Positions 8,552 through 18,227 are shown, counted from the stretch's first letter. The stretch is DNA of 24,168 nt from Nitrospinota bacterium (GCA_046581755.1 JAYGFR010000019.1:1-24168), one strand, 5' to 3'. The notes: generated from the letters alone by a model not told the origin. Made by a program: numbers and translations.

Positions 8552-8607
8552 CCGGGTTTCAGCCGGTCATAACCTTGATTTTCATTTTTTAATTCGGGAG
8601 TTTTGTC

Positions 8608-9597
8608 GTGTCTCTTCATATCGGCATCAACGTCAACACCCGCATTCCAGTCATCTATCCCGAACACTACACCGAGGCGGAGATGCTCGACCTCGCCGCC
8701 GAAATCGAAGAGAGAGGATACGATTCCATTTGGGTCGGTGACAGCATGTACCAGAAATCGCGCCTGGAGGCGTTGACCGTCTTGGGAGCCATCGCGGCAC
8801 GCACCCGGCGGGTGCGGCTCGGCACGGCCGCCATCGTCGCCCCCCTCAGACACACAATCTGGCTTGCGCTGAGTTGGGCCACATTGGACCGAATTTCTCA
8901 GGGCAGGACGATCCTCGGCGTTTGCGTTGGCGCCGAACGCCCCCAGCCCGGTGTGACCGGAGAGTTCGAGGCCGCCGGCGTGGATTTGAGAAAGCGCGGG
9001 AAGATGATCCGCGAGCAGATCGAGGTGATTCGAAAGGTGTGGTCAACGAAAACGTTTGATTTCGATGGAGAGATTCATCAACTCAGGAGCATTAGCTGCG
9101 AACTCGAAACGGTTCAGAAACCCGCCCCCCCTATCTGGATTTCGAGTAACCCGCACGTGGGGGACCTTTCGGAGAAAATTCTCGATGCGATGGCCCGGCG
9201 CGTAGCGGGCCACGCCGACGGGTGGATGACCTGCTCCGCCTCCCCGGAGGAGTTTGCCCTATTTTGGGAGCGGGTCCAGAGCGCCGCGAAGGAAGCCGGC
9301 CGTGAGGAGGCGTCCATCGAAAGCGCCTATCATCTTCTGTGTCATATCGATAATGACCGGGGGAAGGCCATGGCCGAAGGAACCGAAGTGGTCAATAAAT
9401 ATTATCATGCCAATTATAAGTCGTTGAAGGAGGTGCGGTGGGGGGTGGACACCTACGGGACCGCGGAAGACTGTATCCGTCAGATCCAGGGTCTCGCGGA
9501 TGCAGGCTGCCGAAATTTCGCGGTACGCTTCGCGGCCAAGAATCAGCAAGAGCAATTGCGTCGATTTAGCGAGGATGTCCTGCCCGCTTTTCGTTAA
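8608..9597 (+). CDS. LLM-class flavin-dependent oxidoreductase
   Basis: 'GYDSIWVGDS', 'LGAIAARTRRVRLGTA', 'ATLDRISQGRTILGV', 'PPIWI', 'HADGW'. GTG start with GGGAG SD. Confidence 0.9.
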   Translation: MSLHIGINVNTRIPVIYPEHYTEAEMLDLAAEIEERGYDSIWVGDSMYQKSRLEALTVLGAIAARTRRVRLGTAAIVAPLRHTIWLALSWATLDRISQGRTILGVCVGAERPQPGVTGEFEAAGVDLRKRGKMIREQIEVIRKVWSTKTFDFDGEIHQLRSISCELETVQKPAPPIWISSNPHVGDLSEKILDAMARRVAGHADGWMTCSASPEEFALFWERVQSAAKEAGREEASIESAYHLLCHIDNDRGKAMAEGTEVVNKYYHANYKSLKEVRWGVDTYGTAEDCIRQIQGLADAGCRNFAVRFAAKNQQEQLRRFSEDVLPAFR

Positions 9598-9664
9598 TTT
9601 CAGTACTGTACACATAATTTGTATCAAAAGGGACAAATTCTTCAAGATATAAGGGCGTCTCCAG

Positions 9665-9693
9665 TTGCATCTTTGTTCCACAAAAAGTAGGTT
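9665..9693 (+). promoter_or_regulatory. Candidate sigma70 promoter upstream of the TAXI-TRAP/hydantoinase operon
   Basis: TTGCAT (9665-70), 17 nt, TAGGTT (9688-93) in an AT-rich spacer of about 270 bp. Confidence 0.45.
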
Positions 9694-9866
9694 AGGTAAA
9701 CGGAAATATGGATGTAAATATTTCAAAGTGACGGTTCAGAGGGGAGGGGAAAGCCGTTTCCTATCTTCTCTGCGAACTTGTTTCAGGTAAATGAATCGTG
9801 GCCGGTGAAGTTGGTTTGTCGTTTTTTAATCTTGAACAATCGTATTCACTTGTGGAGGGAGATTTG

Positions 9867-10838
9867 ATGCGAAGAGTAATGGCGTTTCTTTTGATTGGGG
9901 CTTTTGCTCTCACGGGTGCATTGTTCGCGCAGGGCACGGCTTTTGGTGCGGCGCGGAACCTTGCCCTTGCCACCGCCTCGACGGGCGGCAGCTGGTATCC
10001 CACGGGTGTCCTGCTGGCCCAGCTATGGACCGAGAAAGTTTCCGGGGTCAAGGTAACGGCTAACCCCACCAAGGGGTCGGTCCAAAACTGCGACCTTCTC
10101 CGCCGGGACCAGGTGGACCTTACGTTTATGCAGAACAACATCGCGAGTCAGTGTTACTTTGGCGTTGGCCGGTTCAAAAAGGCGCAGAAAGAAAATCGCC
10201 TTGTCGCGGTCATGTTTCCGAGCCATTATCATTTGCTCGTGACAAAGCGCTCGGGCATCAAGAATCTCACGGACATCAAAGGGAAAAGATTCATCCCGGG
10301 CAGAAAGCGCAGCGGGAACATCTCCACCACAAAAGCCATCTTCGGTGTCTTTGGTTTCGGGTATAAGGACTTCAAGGTGGATTATCTGGGCCAGCGGGAA
10401 GCGGTTCAGGCGGTCCGGGACGGAAAGGTGGACGGTACTTTCGTGGTTGGCGGGGCGCCTATCGGCACCATCGTCGAGGCCCTGACGATTGCCAGTGGCC
10501 GTCTCAGGCTCATTCCTTTTTCCCAAGAGGTAATGGATAAAGTCAACAAGAAACATCCTTGGATCGTGAACGGTTTCGTCCGTGGCGGTCTGTACAAAGG
10601 ATGGGACAAACCCACCAAAACGATGATGCACTCTGCTTTTTTGATTACCAAAAAGGGGTTCAGCGCAGATCTCGTCTACAAAGTCGTTAAATCGACCTTT
10701 GAAAACCTCGGCCGGCTGCAAAAAGGGCATTCGACCTTCAAGAACATGACCATCAAGGATTTGAAGGGCGGAATGTCCATTGGGGTTCCGCTGCATGAAG
10801 GCGCCAAGCGATATTATAAAGAAGTGGGTGCGCTCTAA
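9867..10838 (+). CDS. TAXI-family TRAP transporter solute-binding protein
   Basis: Signal peptide 'MRRVMAFLLIGAFALTGALFAQGTAFGA', then 'ATASTGGSWYPTG', 'TKGSVQN', 'DIKGKR', 'VRDGKVDG', 'VPLHEGAKRYYKEVG'. GGAGGGAG SD before ATG 9867. Confidence 0.93.
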   Translation: MRRVMAFLLIGAFALTGALFAQGTAFGAARNLALATASTGGSWYPTGVLLAQLWTEKVSGVKVTANPTKGSVQNCDLLRRDQVDLTFMQNNIASQCYFGVGRFKKAQKENRLVAVMFPSHYHLLVTKRSGIKNLTDIKGKRFIPGRKRSGNISTTKAIFGVFGFGYKDFKVDYLGQREAVQAVRDGKVDGTFVVGGAPIGTIVEALTIASGRLRLIPFSQEVMDKVNKKHPWIVNGFVRGGLYKGWDKPTKTMMHSAFLITKKGFSADLVYKVVKSTFENLGRLQKGHSTFKNMTIKDLKGGMSIGVPLHEGAKRYYKEVGAL

Positions 10839-10866
10839 TCAGAGGTCGTCCAAAAATATTTCAATA

Positions 10867-10900
10867 AAGCAGGGGTGCCCCTTCGGGGGCATCCCCGCTT
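10867..10900 (+). terminator. Strong stem-loop with C(UUCG)G tetraloop between the binding-protein and permease genes (mRNA stabiliser or leaky terminator)
   Basis: AAGC-A-GGGGTGCCCC-TTCG-GGGGCATCCC-C-GCTT: 14 pairs including one G-U, one mismatch, no long U-tract. Confidence 0.7.
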
Positions 10901-10970
10901 CGACACTTCCCTCCAATGCATGATCCTGAGTTAAGCGAGTGGATATGTGTTCGTCTTCGGAGTTTGGTCC

Positions 10971-13469
10971 ATGGCGGATGAGGCCGATAAAAACGAATCC
11001 CTCCTAGGTGAAACGACCGATGAAGGCGTATTTTTCCGGCAGCTTGAGGGCGTGCAGTACTATATTTACGCCTCCACGGCGATTCTTTTGGCCGGATTCG
11101 TAATTTGGGTGAACACTTTTGGTTTCATGGAGTCCATAAAGCGCAACGCGCTTTATCTCGGGCTTACCCTGGCGCTCATTTTTTTTGTGTACCCCGGGCG
11201 TAAGGTTGGCCGGCCCGGACCCAGGGCGTATTTATATTCTTTCGCAACGGTGGCGGCCGGGTTCTTGATATGGCTCGTTTGGGGTGAGTGGTTCTGGGGA
11301 CTTCTGGTCGCGGTGGGAGGCCTGTATTCCGCGGCCCTGAACACCGAGGGCATCTATCCGTCGTCGCGCCGCCTGGCATGGTTTGACTGGACCCTTGTTG
11401 TTATTGGCATCCTGGTGGGGCTCTACACTTTTGTTTTCTGGGAAATTCGCCAGGATTCGAACGACGATCCGAACATCTTCGACTGGACTTTCGCCATTCT
11501 CGCCATTCTCATCATCGTGGAGGCCACGCGGCGCTGTGCGGGGCCGTGGCTTGCGGTGATATCCGTGTTCTTCTTGATTTATGGCTATTTTGGGAACGTA
11601 CTTCCCTGGTTCCTGGAGTTCGCTTCTCACCGGGGGATGGCGTGGGACCGGCTTTTGGAGCTGATGTATCTCGAAGACAACGGGGTGTACGGAATCACAC
11701 TGGGAGTTGCGTCTACTTTTATCTTTATATTCGTCCTGATGGGCGCATTTTTGTCCGTTTGCGGAACAGCGATGTTTTTCAACCAACTCGCGCTCGCCAT
11801 CAGCGGCCGCTCGGCCGGCGGTCCGGCCAAGGTCGCCGTCATCGCCAGTGGAACCATGGGAACCATCAGCGGCAGCGCGGTCGCTAACGTTGCAACCACC
11901 GGAACGTTCACCATCCCGCTCATGAAGCGCATCGGCTACAAGCCTTATTACGCCGGCGCCGTGGAGGCGGCGGCGTCCACGGGCGGCCTGATCATGCCTC
12001 CCATCATGGGCACCGCGGCTTTCGTCATGGTCGAGTACCTTTCCACATCCTATCTGCGAATCATGATGGGAGCCATCATCCCCGCATTTCTTTATTATTT
12101 CGCGATTTTTTTGCAGGTGCATTTCGCGGCGCGCAAGGAGGGTCTGACTGGGCTGGATGAAAGCGAAATTCCTAAGCTGAAGGATGTGCTCCGCGAAGGG
12201 GTACATCTTTTGGTGCCCATCATCATGTTGATTGTCACCCTGTTTGTCAGCGGGAGAACGGCCCTTTTCGCCGGAGGTGCGGGGATCATGTGGGCGCTGA
12301 CGATTATTTTCTGCGGAGATAAATACAAGCGCTTTCCGGTTGTTATGATGTTTGTTGCGATTGCCTTGCACATCATCGTCGCTATTCTGGTCCCCGATGG
12401 ATACCGTATGGACGAAACCGGCGGTTTGGCTGTAGTCGGATGGCTGGTGAACACGATGATCTATGATTCCATCTATCTCGTTACCCTCGCCGCGGTTTTT
12501 CTCAGCTTTGAATTGTGTGTATGGCGTGGCGGCGATTTGGGATCGGGTCTGCCGGGAAATGTCCTGCTCTTGCTCGCCTTTTTTCTGGTAACCATGGACT
12601 CCTGGTTGTTTTGGATGGCGTTTCCCGCCGCCTTGGCCGGTTGGTATGCCCTGCGCGGGCATGAATATTTTCAGGGCGTGGTTCTAAAGCTGAAGGAAGT
12701 GCTTGTATTAGGCTCGCGCTCCTCACTGAACGTCGGCATCGCATGCGCCATTGTCGGTTTCGTTGTAGGTGTGGCGCAGAGCACCAGCTTGAGCGCGGTT
12801 TTCGCACAAAATATTGTTCACCTCTCCGGCGGAGTTCTTTTTTTCGCGCTTTTCTTCACCATGATTGCGGCCATCGTATCGAGCATGGGGCTACCGGCGA
12901 CGGCGGTCTATATCGTCGTAATCACCGTGGTCATCGAGGCCCTTATGAAAATGGGGATTACGGACTTTCCGGCTCACATGTTCGTTTTCTACTTCGGCAT
13001 CCTCTCCAATGTGACACCGCCGGTTGCGCTTGCGAGCTATACAGCGGCGGGAATAAGCGGGGGCACCCCGTGGGAGGTCGGCTGGACGGCGTTTCGAATC
13101 ACCATGCCCGGGTTCATCATTCCGTATATGTTCGTTTACGAGCCCGCTCTTCTTTTGGAGGGGTCGGGGTTCGTTGGTGCGTTTTTCCCGTTTCTCGCCG
13201 CTCTCACCTCTGTTTTTGCCATGAGCGTAGCGGGAGAAGGATATTTGTTTAGTCGGATAACCCTGTACGAGAGGCTCATCATGTTTGCCTCGGCCGGCCT
13301 GCTGGCATTTCCCGGCGCGATAGGTCCGGCGGTGGGTGCATGGTTGGGCATAGAGATGGTCTTGACCGGGTGGCCGGTCGCAGCGGCCGGGGTGGTTTTG
13401 TTGAGCCTGGGGGTTGCCTCCCAATGGATCAGGCGGCGGGATACGGCCTTTGAAATGAGCGGAGCCTAG
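10971..13469 (+). CDS. TRAP transporter fused 4TM/12TM permease (TAXI type)
   Basis: 'EATRR', 'GRSAGGPAKVAVIAS', 'GTISGSAVANVATTGTFTIPLMKRIGY', 'EAAASTGGLIMPPIMG', 'GLPATAVY', 'AHMFVFYFGILSNVTPPVALA'. GGAG before ATG 10971. Confidence 0.93.
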   Translation: MADEADKNESLLGETTDEGVFFRQLEGVQYYIYASTAILLAGFVIWVNTFGFMESIKRNALYLGLTLALIFFVYPGRKVGRPGPRAYLYSFATVAAGFLIWLVWGEWFWGLLVAVGGLYSAALNTEGIYPSSRRLAWFDWTLVVIGILVGLYTFVFWEIRQDSNDDPNIFDWTFAILAILIIVEATRRCAGPWLAVISVFFLIYGYFGNVLPWFLEFASHRGMAWDRLLELMYLEDNGVYGITLGVASTFIFIFVLMGAFLSVCGTAMFFNQLALAISGRSAGGPAKVAVIASGTMGTISGSAVANVATTGTFTIPLMKRIGYKPYYAGAVEAAASTGGLIMPPIMGTAAFVMVEYLSTSYLRIMMGAIIPAFLYYFAIFLQVHFAARKEGLTGLDESEIPKLKDVLREGVHLLVPIIMLIVTLFVSGRTALFAGGAGIMWALTIIFCGDKYKRFPVVMMFVAIALHIIVAILVPDGYRMDETGGLAVVGWLVNTMIYDSIYLVTLAAVFLSFELCVWRGGDLGSGLPGNVLLLLAFFLVTMDSWLFWMAFPAALAGWYALRGHEYFQGVVLKLKEVLVLGSRSSLNVGIACAIVGFVVGVAQSTSLSAVFAQNIVHLSGGVLFFALFFTMIAAIVSSMGLPATAVYIVVITVVIEALMKMGITDFPAHMFVFYFGILSNVTPPVALASYTAAGISGGTPWEVGWTAFRITMPGFIIPYMFVYEPALLLEGSGFVGAFFPFLAALTSVFAMSVAGEGYLFSRITLYERLIMFASAGLLAFPGAIGPAVGAWLGIEMVLTGWPVAAAGVVLLSLGVASQWIRRRDTAFEMSGA

Positions 13470-13472
13470 TCG

Positions 13473-14375
13473 ATGGGAAAACCCGTTTACGTTTCCTTCC
13501 TCATCGATTGTAATTGGCATGGCTTCTCTCCACTCAAACCCTCCAGCGTTTTCGCGGATGTCGGTTATACAGTCGGCACGCCGGAGAAAACCCGAATCCT
13601 TGGAGATATCAAAACCGCACTCGAACTCGTTGAGCGCTCCCTGAATGGAAAGTGCAATTGGTCCATCCTAAGCCATCCCGATCAGCGGTACTTACTTTAT
13701 CGAGATCCATTTCTCGACTGCTGGCGGGAGGCCGTTCGCCAGGGCGGGGAGTTGAGTCTCCACCCACACGAGGACATCCCCAGGGAAGGTTCACGGATTA
13801 AGGATACAGACTACATGCGTGCGGTCCTGGAGGATCTGAAAAATGTGATCGTCCGGGAGGGCCTTTCATCCCATTCTTTCCGCTCGGGGTATTTCGGCCG
13901 GAACGATGAGCTTCCCGCCGTGCTCGCGGAACTGGGTCTTACCGTGGATTATTCGTCCGCACCCGGATACAAGGAGCCCAGCGTTGAATCCGACTGGATG
14001 GGCGCATCTCCGAGTGGTGGTTTTATCCGGGCGAGCGATGCCGCCTCATACGGTACCGGCAATGTGGACGAAACCGGGGTTTTCATGATTCCACTCGGCT
14101 GGGACGGAGCCGGGGGGAAATTCACGGAAAATTACCTGTTCAACGAGGCGGCGGAGCTCGAAACGCTTCTCTCGGTTTATGCCGCGATTCGAAGGCGGGC
14201 AGAGGCCGAGGGGCCGCAGTTCGTTCAGCACCTTTTTCATCTGAGCGCGATGAACGAACCTCGCTTCACTAAAAGGGTGGCGGATTTCGCCGGCCACCTG
14301 TTGCAAAACGATGGCGTCATCGTCACCGGCTCGGAGGCCTCCGAGGTATTCCGGAAAGGGTCCCGGGGGGGCTGA
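13473..14375 (+). CDS. Putative polysaccharide-deacetylase/CE4-like (NodB-type barrel) metallohydrolase
   Basis: N-terminal strand ending in Asp ('SFLIDC'), 'GGELSLHPH', 'SFRSGYF', 'VDYSSAPG', C-terminal 'HLFH'. No signal peptide; 3 nt after the permease stop. Confidence 0.55.
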   Translation: MGKPVYVSFLIDCNWHGFSPLKPSSVFADVGYTVGTPEKTRILGDIKTALELVERSLNGKCNWSILSHPDQRYLLYRDPFLDCWREAVRQGGELSLHPHEDIPREGSRIKDTDYMRAVLEDLKNVIVREGLSSHSFRSGYFGRNDELPAVLAELGLTVDYSSAPGYKEPSVESDWMGASPSGGFIRASDAASYGTGNVDETGVFMIPLGWDGAGGKFTENYLFNEAAELETLLSVYAAIRRRAEAEGPQFVQHLFHLSAMNEPRFTKRVADFAGHLLQNDGVIVTGSEASEVFRKGSRGG

Positions 14376-14442
14376 AATCCTTTGAACTTTTTCTTTTTCG
14401 AATTCTTATGCCGCGGGGCATATAAAACCAGGGGGTCAAGAA

Positions 14443-16479
14443 GTGGCATCATATCGAATCGGGATTGATGTAGGAGGTACATTTACGGACCTCGTCCTGC
14501 TCAACGAGGAGAGCGGCGAAGTCCACCATACCAAAGTCCTCACTTCCAATCCGAATCCGGCGGAAGGTGTGCTCTTAGCGCTGGATCGCGCCCTGGAGGA
14601 GACGGGGGTGGCGAGTGAGGATGTTAAAAGTATTCTTCACGGAACGACGATTGCGACAAATTCTCTTCTCCAGCGCCGGGGCGCGCGAACGGCGCTCATT
14701 ACCACCGAAGGGTTCAGGGATGTTCTCGAGATAGGCCGTCAGATTCGACCAAGCCTCTTCGACTGGCGCGCGGAGAAGCCGCCTGCCCTCGCTCCCCGCC
14801 GCCGCCGCTTTGAGCTGCACGAACGCGTTCTGGCGGACGGATCCGTGATGGTGGAGCCCTCCAATGAAGACTACAAAGAGGTAGTCGATAAAACGCTCGC
14901 CTCCAAGCCCGAGGCGGTTGCGGTATCGTTGTTGTTCTCCTTCTTGAATCCCGCCCACGAGGAACGGCTGCTTGAAGAACTTCATAAACGGCAACCCGAT
15001 CTGTCGGTTTCTCTTTCATCGCGCGTTCTGCCTGAATACCGAGAGTTCGAGAGAACAAGCACCACCGTTGCCAACGCCTTTACCACACCGGTCCTGACAA
15101 GCTACTCGGCCAAGCTCGGAGAAGCCTTGGGTAAGCGGGGGCTTGCAGCCCAGCTCCGCCTGCTCCAGTCCAACGGCGGGCTCGGGACAGTGGACGCCCT
15201 CAGCGATCGGTGTATCAGCACGGCGCTCTCCGGTCCGGCGGGCGGGGTGACGGCGGCGGCCTTCCTCTCCGTCCGCCACAGCCTTGGCGACTGCATCAGC
15301 TTTGATATGGGTGGAACTTCGAGCGATATCTGCCTCATTCGAGACGGCAAGCCGGAGTGGACGGTCGATGCGGTGATTGGCGGCTTCCCGATTCGTATTC
15401 CGATGATTGATGTCCATACCGTGGGCGCTGGCGGAGGAAGCGTCATCTGGGTGGATAGCGGCGGCGGTCTCCGGGTGGGTCCGCGCAGTGCGGGGAGCAA
15501 CCCGGGCCCGGCCTGCTATGGGTTTGGTGGAGAGGAGCCCACCACCACCGACGCACACATGGAGGTGGGCAGTCTCCAAACCGAATTTTTCAAGGGAAAA
15601 GGCATTCCATTTCGCCCGGAGGCGGGAACGGAGGCGTTGCGAAAGGTGGGTTCGGAGGTTGGCATGGAGCCGGCCGAAACCGCGGTCGCGGCGCTACAGG
15701 TAGTGAACCACGGTCTCGCCAAGGAGATTCGCGCCGTCTGCCTGACGCGGGGGTTCGATGCTTCGACTTTCACCCTGATCCCCTTCGGCGGCGCCGGGCA
15801 GCTTCATGCATGCGCCGTAGCCGAAGAATTAACGGTGGCGCGGGTTTTCCTGCCCAATACGGCGGGTGTTCTATCGGCCCTGGGCGCTTCCCTGGCGGAC
15901 TATCGCTACAACTTCTCAAGGGCCCTCATCCGGCGGAGCACCGATATAAAACAGACCGATATCAGTGCCGGCTTCAGTCAACTCGAAAAACTCGGCCATG
16001 AGCGACTGGCCGATTTTCCCGCCCGAGACGTGCAAATCGATCGCTCGGTGGATCTGCGCTACGTGGGACAGTCCTTTGAAATTAACGTTAAAGCCACCCG
16101 GAACGGAGACCTCCTCCCAATGGCGGAAATCCTCGACGACTTCCACCGGATGCATGAATTTACTTACGGATTTTGCGATGTGGATGAACCGGTCGAATTT
16201 GTCAATTTGCGGTTATCGGCTTTTGGCCTCACCTCGAAACCGACTGAAATTCTCAAATCCGCCGCTAGTGGTGAGGCGGTGGCCCGCGAGGTTTCCGTTC
16301 TTTCGGTGGATGGAGAAAAAAAAGCCTACCGGCTGATCGATCGGAGTGGCCTCTCCGCGGGGGATAAGGTCGAAGGCCCATCGATCATTTACGATGCATT
16401 CGCCACGGCGCTCGTTCCGTCCGGCTGGACGGGTGCGACGGATGAAAGCGGTCATATACTGCTCACGCAGGCGAAATAG
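14443..16479 (+). CDS. Hydantoinase A / oxoprolinase family ATP-binding subunit (HyuA-like)
   Basis: 'GIDVGGTFTD', 'HGTTIATN', 'EYREFERTSTTVANA', 'SGPAGGV', 'DMGGTSSD', 'GAGGGS', 'GPRSAGSNPGPACYG', 'FGGAG', 'RYVGQSFE'. Confidence 0.95.
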   Translation: MASYRIGIDVGGTFTDLVLLNEESGEVHHTKVLTSNPNPAEGVLLALDRALEETGVASEDVKSILHGTTIATNSLLQRRGARTALITTEGFRDVLEIGRQIRPSLFDWRAEKPPALAPRRRRFELHERVLADGSVMVEPSNEDYKEVVDKTLASKPEAVAVSLLFSFLNPAHEERLLEELHKRQPDLSVSLSSRVLPEYREFERTSTTVANAFTTPVLTSYSAKLGEALGKRGLAAQLRLLQSNGGLGTVDALSDRCISTALSGPAGGVTAAAFLSVRHSLGDCISFDMGGTSSDICLIRDGKPEWTVDAVIGGFPIRIPMIDVHTVGAGGGSVIWVDSGGGLRVGPRSAGSNPGPACYGFGGEEPTTTDAHMEVGSLQTEFFKGKGIPFRPEAGTEALRKVGSEVGMEPAETAVAALQVVNHGLAKEIRAVCLTRGFDASTFTLIPFGGAGQLHACAVAEELTVARVFLPNTAGVLSALGASLADYRYNFSRALIRRSTDIKQTDISAGFSQLEKLGHERLADFPARDVQIDRSVDLRYVGQSFEINVKATRNGDLLPMAEILDDFHRMHEFTYGFCDVDEPVEFVNLRLSAFGLTSKPTEILKSAASGEAVAREVSVLSVDGEKKAYRLIDRSGLSAGDKVEGPSIIYDAFATALVPSGWTGATDESGHILLTQAK

Positions 16480-16499
16480 CTTGGAGAGGGAATTTGAAA

Positions 16500-18194
16500 A
16501 TGGTTGCGGAAAATAACCGGGCGGACGTCAGCCCGGCAATGATAGAGATTATTAAAAACTCGCTGACCGCCATCACGGATGAGATGGGGATGGCGCTGAA
16601 GAAATCCGCTTATTCTCCCAATATCAAAACACGCGAGGATCACACCTGCTCCCTGTTCAATTTGAAACTCGAGATGCTTGCCCAGACGGCGCACCAGATT
16701 GGCCACCTGGGGGCATTTCCCTTCATCATCAAGAAGACGATGGAGGAGCACGACATCAACAGTCTCGAGCCCGGGGACGGCATCCTCGTGAATGATCCGT
16801 ACCGCGGGGGGACGCACCTGCCGGATATTATTCTGATATCACCTCTCTTTTATAAAGACAGGCTCTGGGGTTTTGTCGGGAACTTGGCGCACCACAGCGA
16901 TGTGGGCGGAATGTCTCCGGGAAGCATGAGCGGGACGGCGACGGAGATATTTCAGGAGGGGCTTCGAATCCCTTCAGTCATGTACATGAGAAAAGGGAAA
17001 GTGGTCCCCGACATTCAAAAAATGATCCTCGCGAACGTGCGCACGCCGGAGGAGCGCAAGGGAGACCTCGCCGCACAGATCGCCGCGAACAACACGGCCA
17101 TCCACCGCGTGACCGAACTCATCGACCGCTATGGTGTCGATGATTTTGACCGTTATTGCGATGCGCTCGTCGAATACTGCGAGCGGCGCATGCGCGCGGA
17201 GATCCGGAAAATCCCCGATGGGGTGTACGAGGGCGAGGATTTCATGGACGACGATGGTACGACCGACGAGCCCATTCGCCTGAAATGCAAAATCACGAAG
17301 AAAGATGACGAGATCACGTTCGACTTCGAGGGTACTGACAGGCAGCGTCTGGGGCCTTGTAACGCGACTTACTACATGACCATGTCGCTCGTCATGTACA
17401 CCATGAGGTGCATCACGGATCCCGACATTCCGCAAAATGAGGGGTGCTACCGGCCTCTTCATTTGAAAATTCCCAAGGGCGCGGCGCTGAATGCCAATTT
17501 TCCGGCCGCGTGCGCCGCGGGCTGGGAAATATCCCGCCGGGGAATCGATGTGGTTTGCCGTGCGCTCAAGGACGCAATGCCGGAGAAAATCCCCGCCGGA
17601 AGCAATGGCGCCATGAACCAATTTTCTTTTGGAGGCCCCAGGCTGAATGGCGGCCAATATGCTTATTATGAGACCACGGGGGGCGGCTTTGGCGCGCGCT
17701 ACGACAAGGACGGCATGGACGGGGTGCATTCGGTTTCCAACACGAAAAACGCACCGATAGAAGAGATGGAACTCAACTATCCGGTCAGGTATCGCTGCTA
17801 CGCGCTTCGGCCGGACAGCGAGGGTTCGGGTAAATTCCGGGGCGGGATCGGCATGATGCGTGAGGTGACTTTTCTCACCGATGTGACGACCACCTCGATA
17901 TCCGATCGGGTAAAGTTCAAGCCGTGGGGCATCAAAGAGGGTGGTGGCGGGATCGGGAATAAATTTTTCATCGACACGCCCGATGGGCCGAGACCGATGA
18001 AGAGCAAGGATTTTCAGCGTGCCAAGTCGGGTGAGACGCTTTGCATTCATACTACGGGAGCCGGGGGCTATGGTCCCGTCGGAGAGCGCGATCCGGAGAC
18101 TATACGGATTGACGTTGCCGATGGGAAAATATCCCCGGAACGGGCCCGCGAAATCTATGGGTGGGACGGAAAACCTCCTGAAAACGATAATTAG
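16500..18194 (+). CDS. Hydantoinase B / oxoprolinase family catalytic subunit, copy 1 (start ATG 16500 or TTG 16494)
   Basis: 'SPNIKTRED', 'NDPYRGGTHLPD', 'AHHSDVGG..PGS', 'EIFQEG', 'YETTGGGFGA', 'GKFRGG', 'GGYG'. GGAGAGG SD at 16483-16489. Confidence 0.95.
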   Translation: MVAENNRADVSPAMIEIIKNSLTAITDEMGMALKKSAYSPNIKTREDHTCSLFNLKLEMLAQTAHQIGHLGAFPFIIKKTMEEHDINSLEPGDGILVNDPYRGGTHLPDIILISPLFYKDRLWGFVGNLAHHSDVGGMSPGSMSGTATEIFQEGLRIPSVMYMRKGKVVPDIQKMILANVRTPEERKGDLAAQIAANNTAIHRVTELIDRYGVDDFDRYCDALVEYCERRMRAEIRKIPDGVYEGEDFMDDDGTTDEPIRLKCKITKKDDEITFDFEGTDRQRLGPCNATYYMTMSLVMYTMRCITDPDIPQNEGCYRPLHLKIPKGAALNANFPAACAAGWEISRRGIDVVCRALKDAMPEKIPAGSNGAMNQFSFGGPRLNGGQYAYYETTGGGFGARYDKDGMDGVHSVSNTKNAPIEEMELNYPVRYRCYALRPDSEGSGKFRGGIGMMREVTFLTDVTTTSISDRVKFKPWGIKEGGGGIGNKFFIDTPDGPRPMKSKDFQRAKSGETLCIHTTGAGGYGPVGERDPETIRIDVADGKISPERAREIYGWDGKPPENDN

Positions 18195-18227
18195 AAGTGC
18201 TTTTTTTTAAATTCCGCGAGATTGTCC

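Noticed and set aside
11232..12662. Long antisense ORFs (476 aa here; also 3670-4590, 7472-8464, 16974-18050, 21188-22024, 22215-23048)
   Set aside because: They shadow well-supported genes on the opposite strand, show no motifs, and are expected from GC-rich codon bias.
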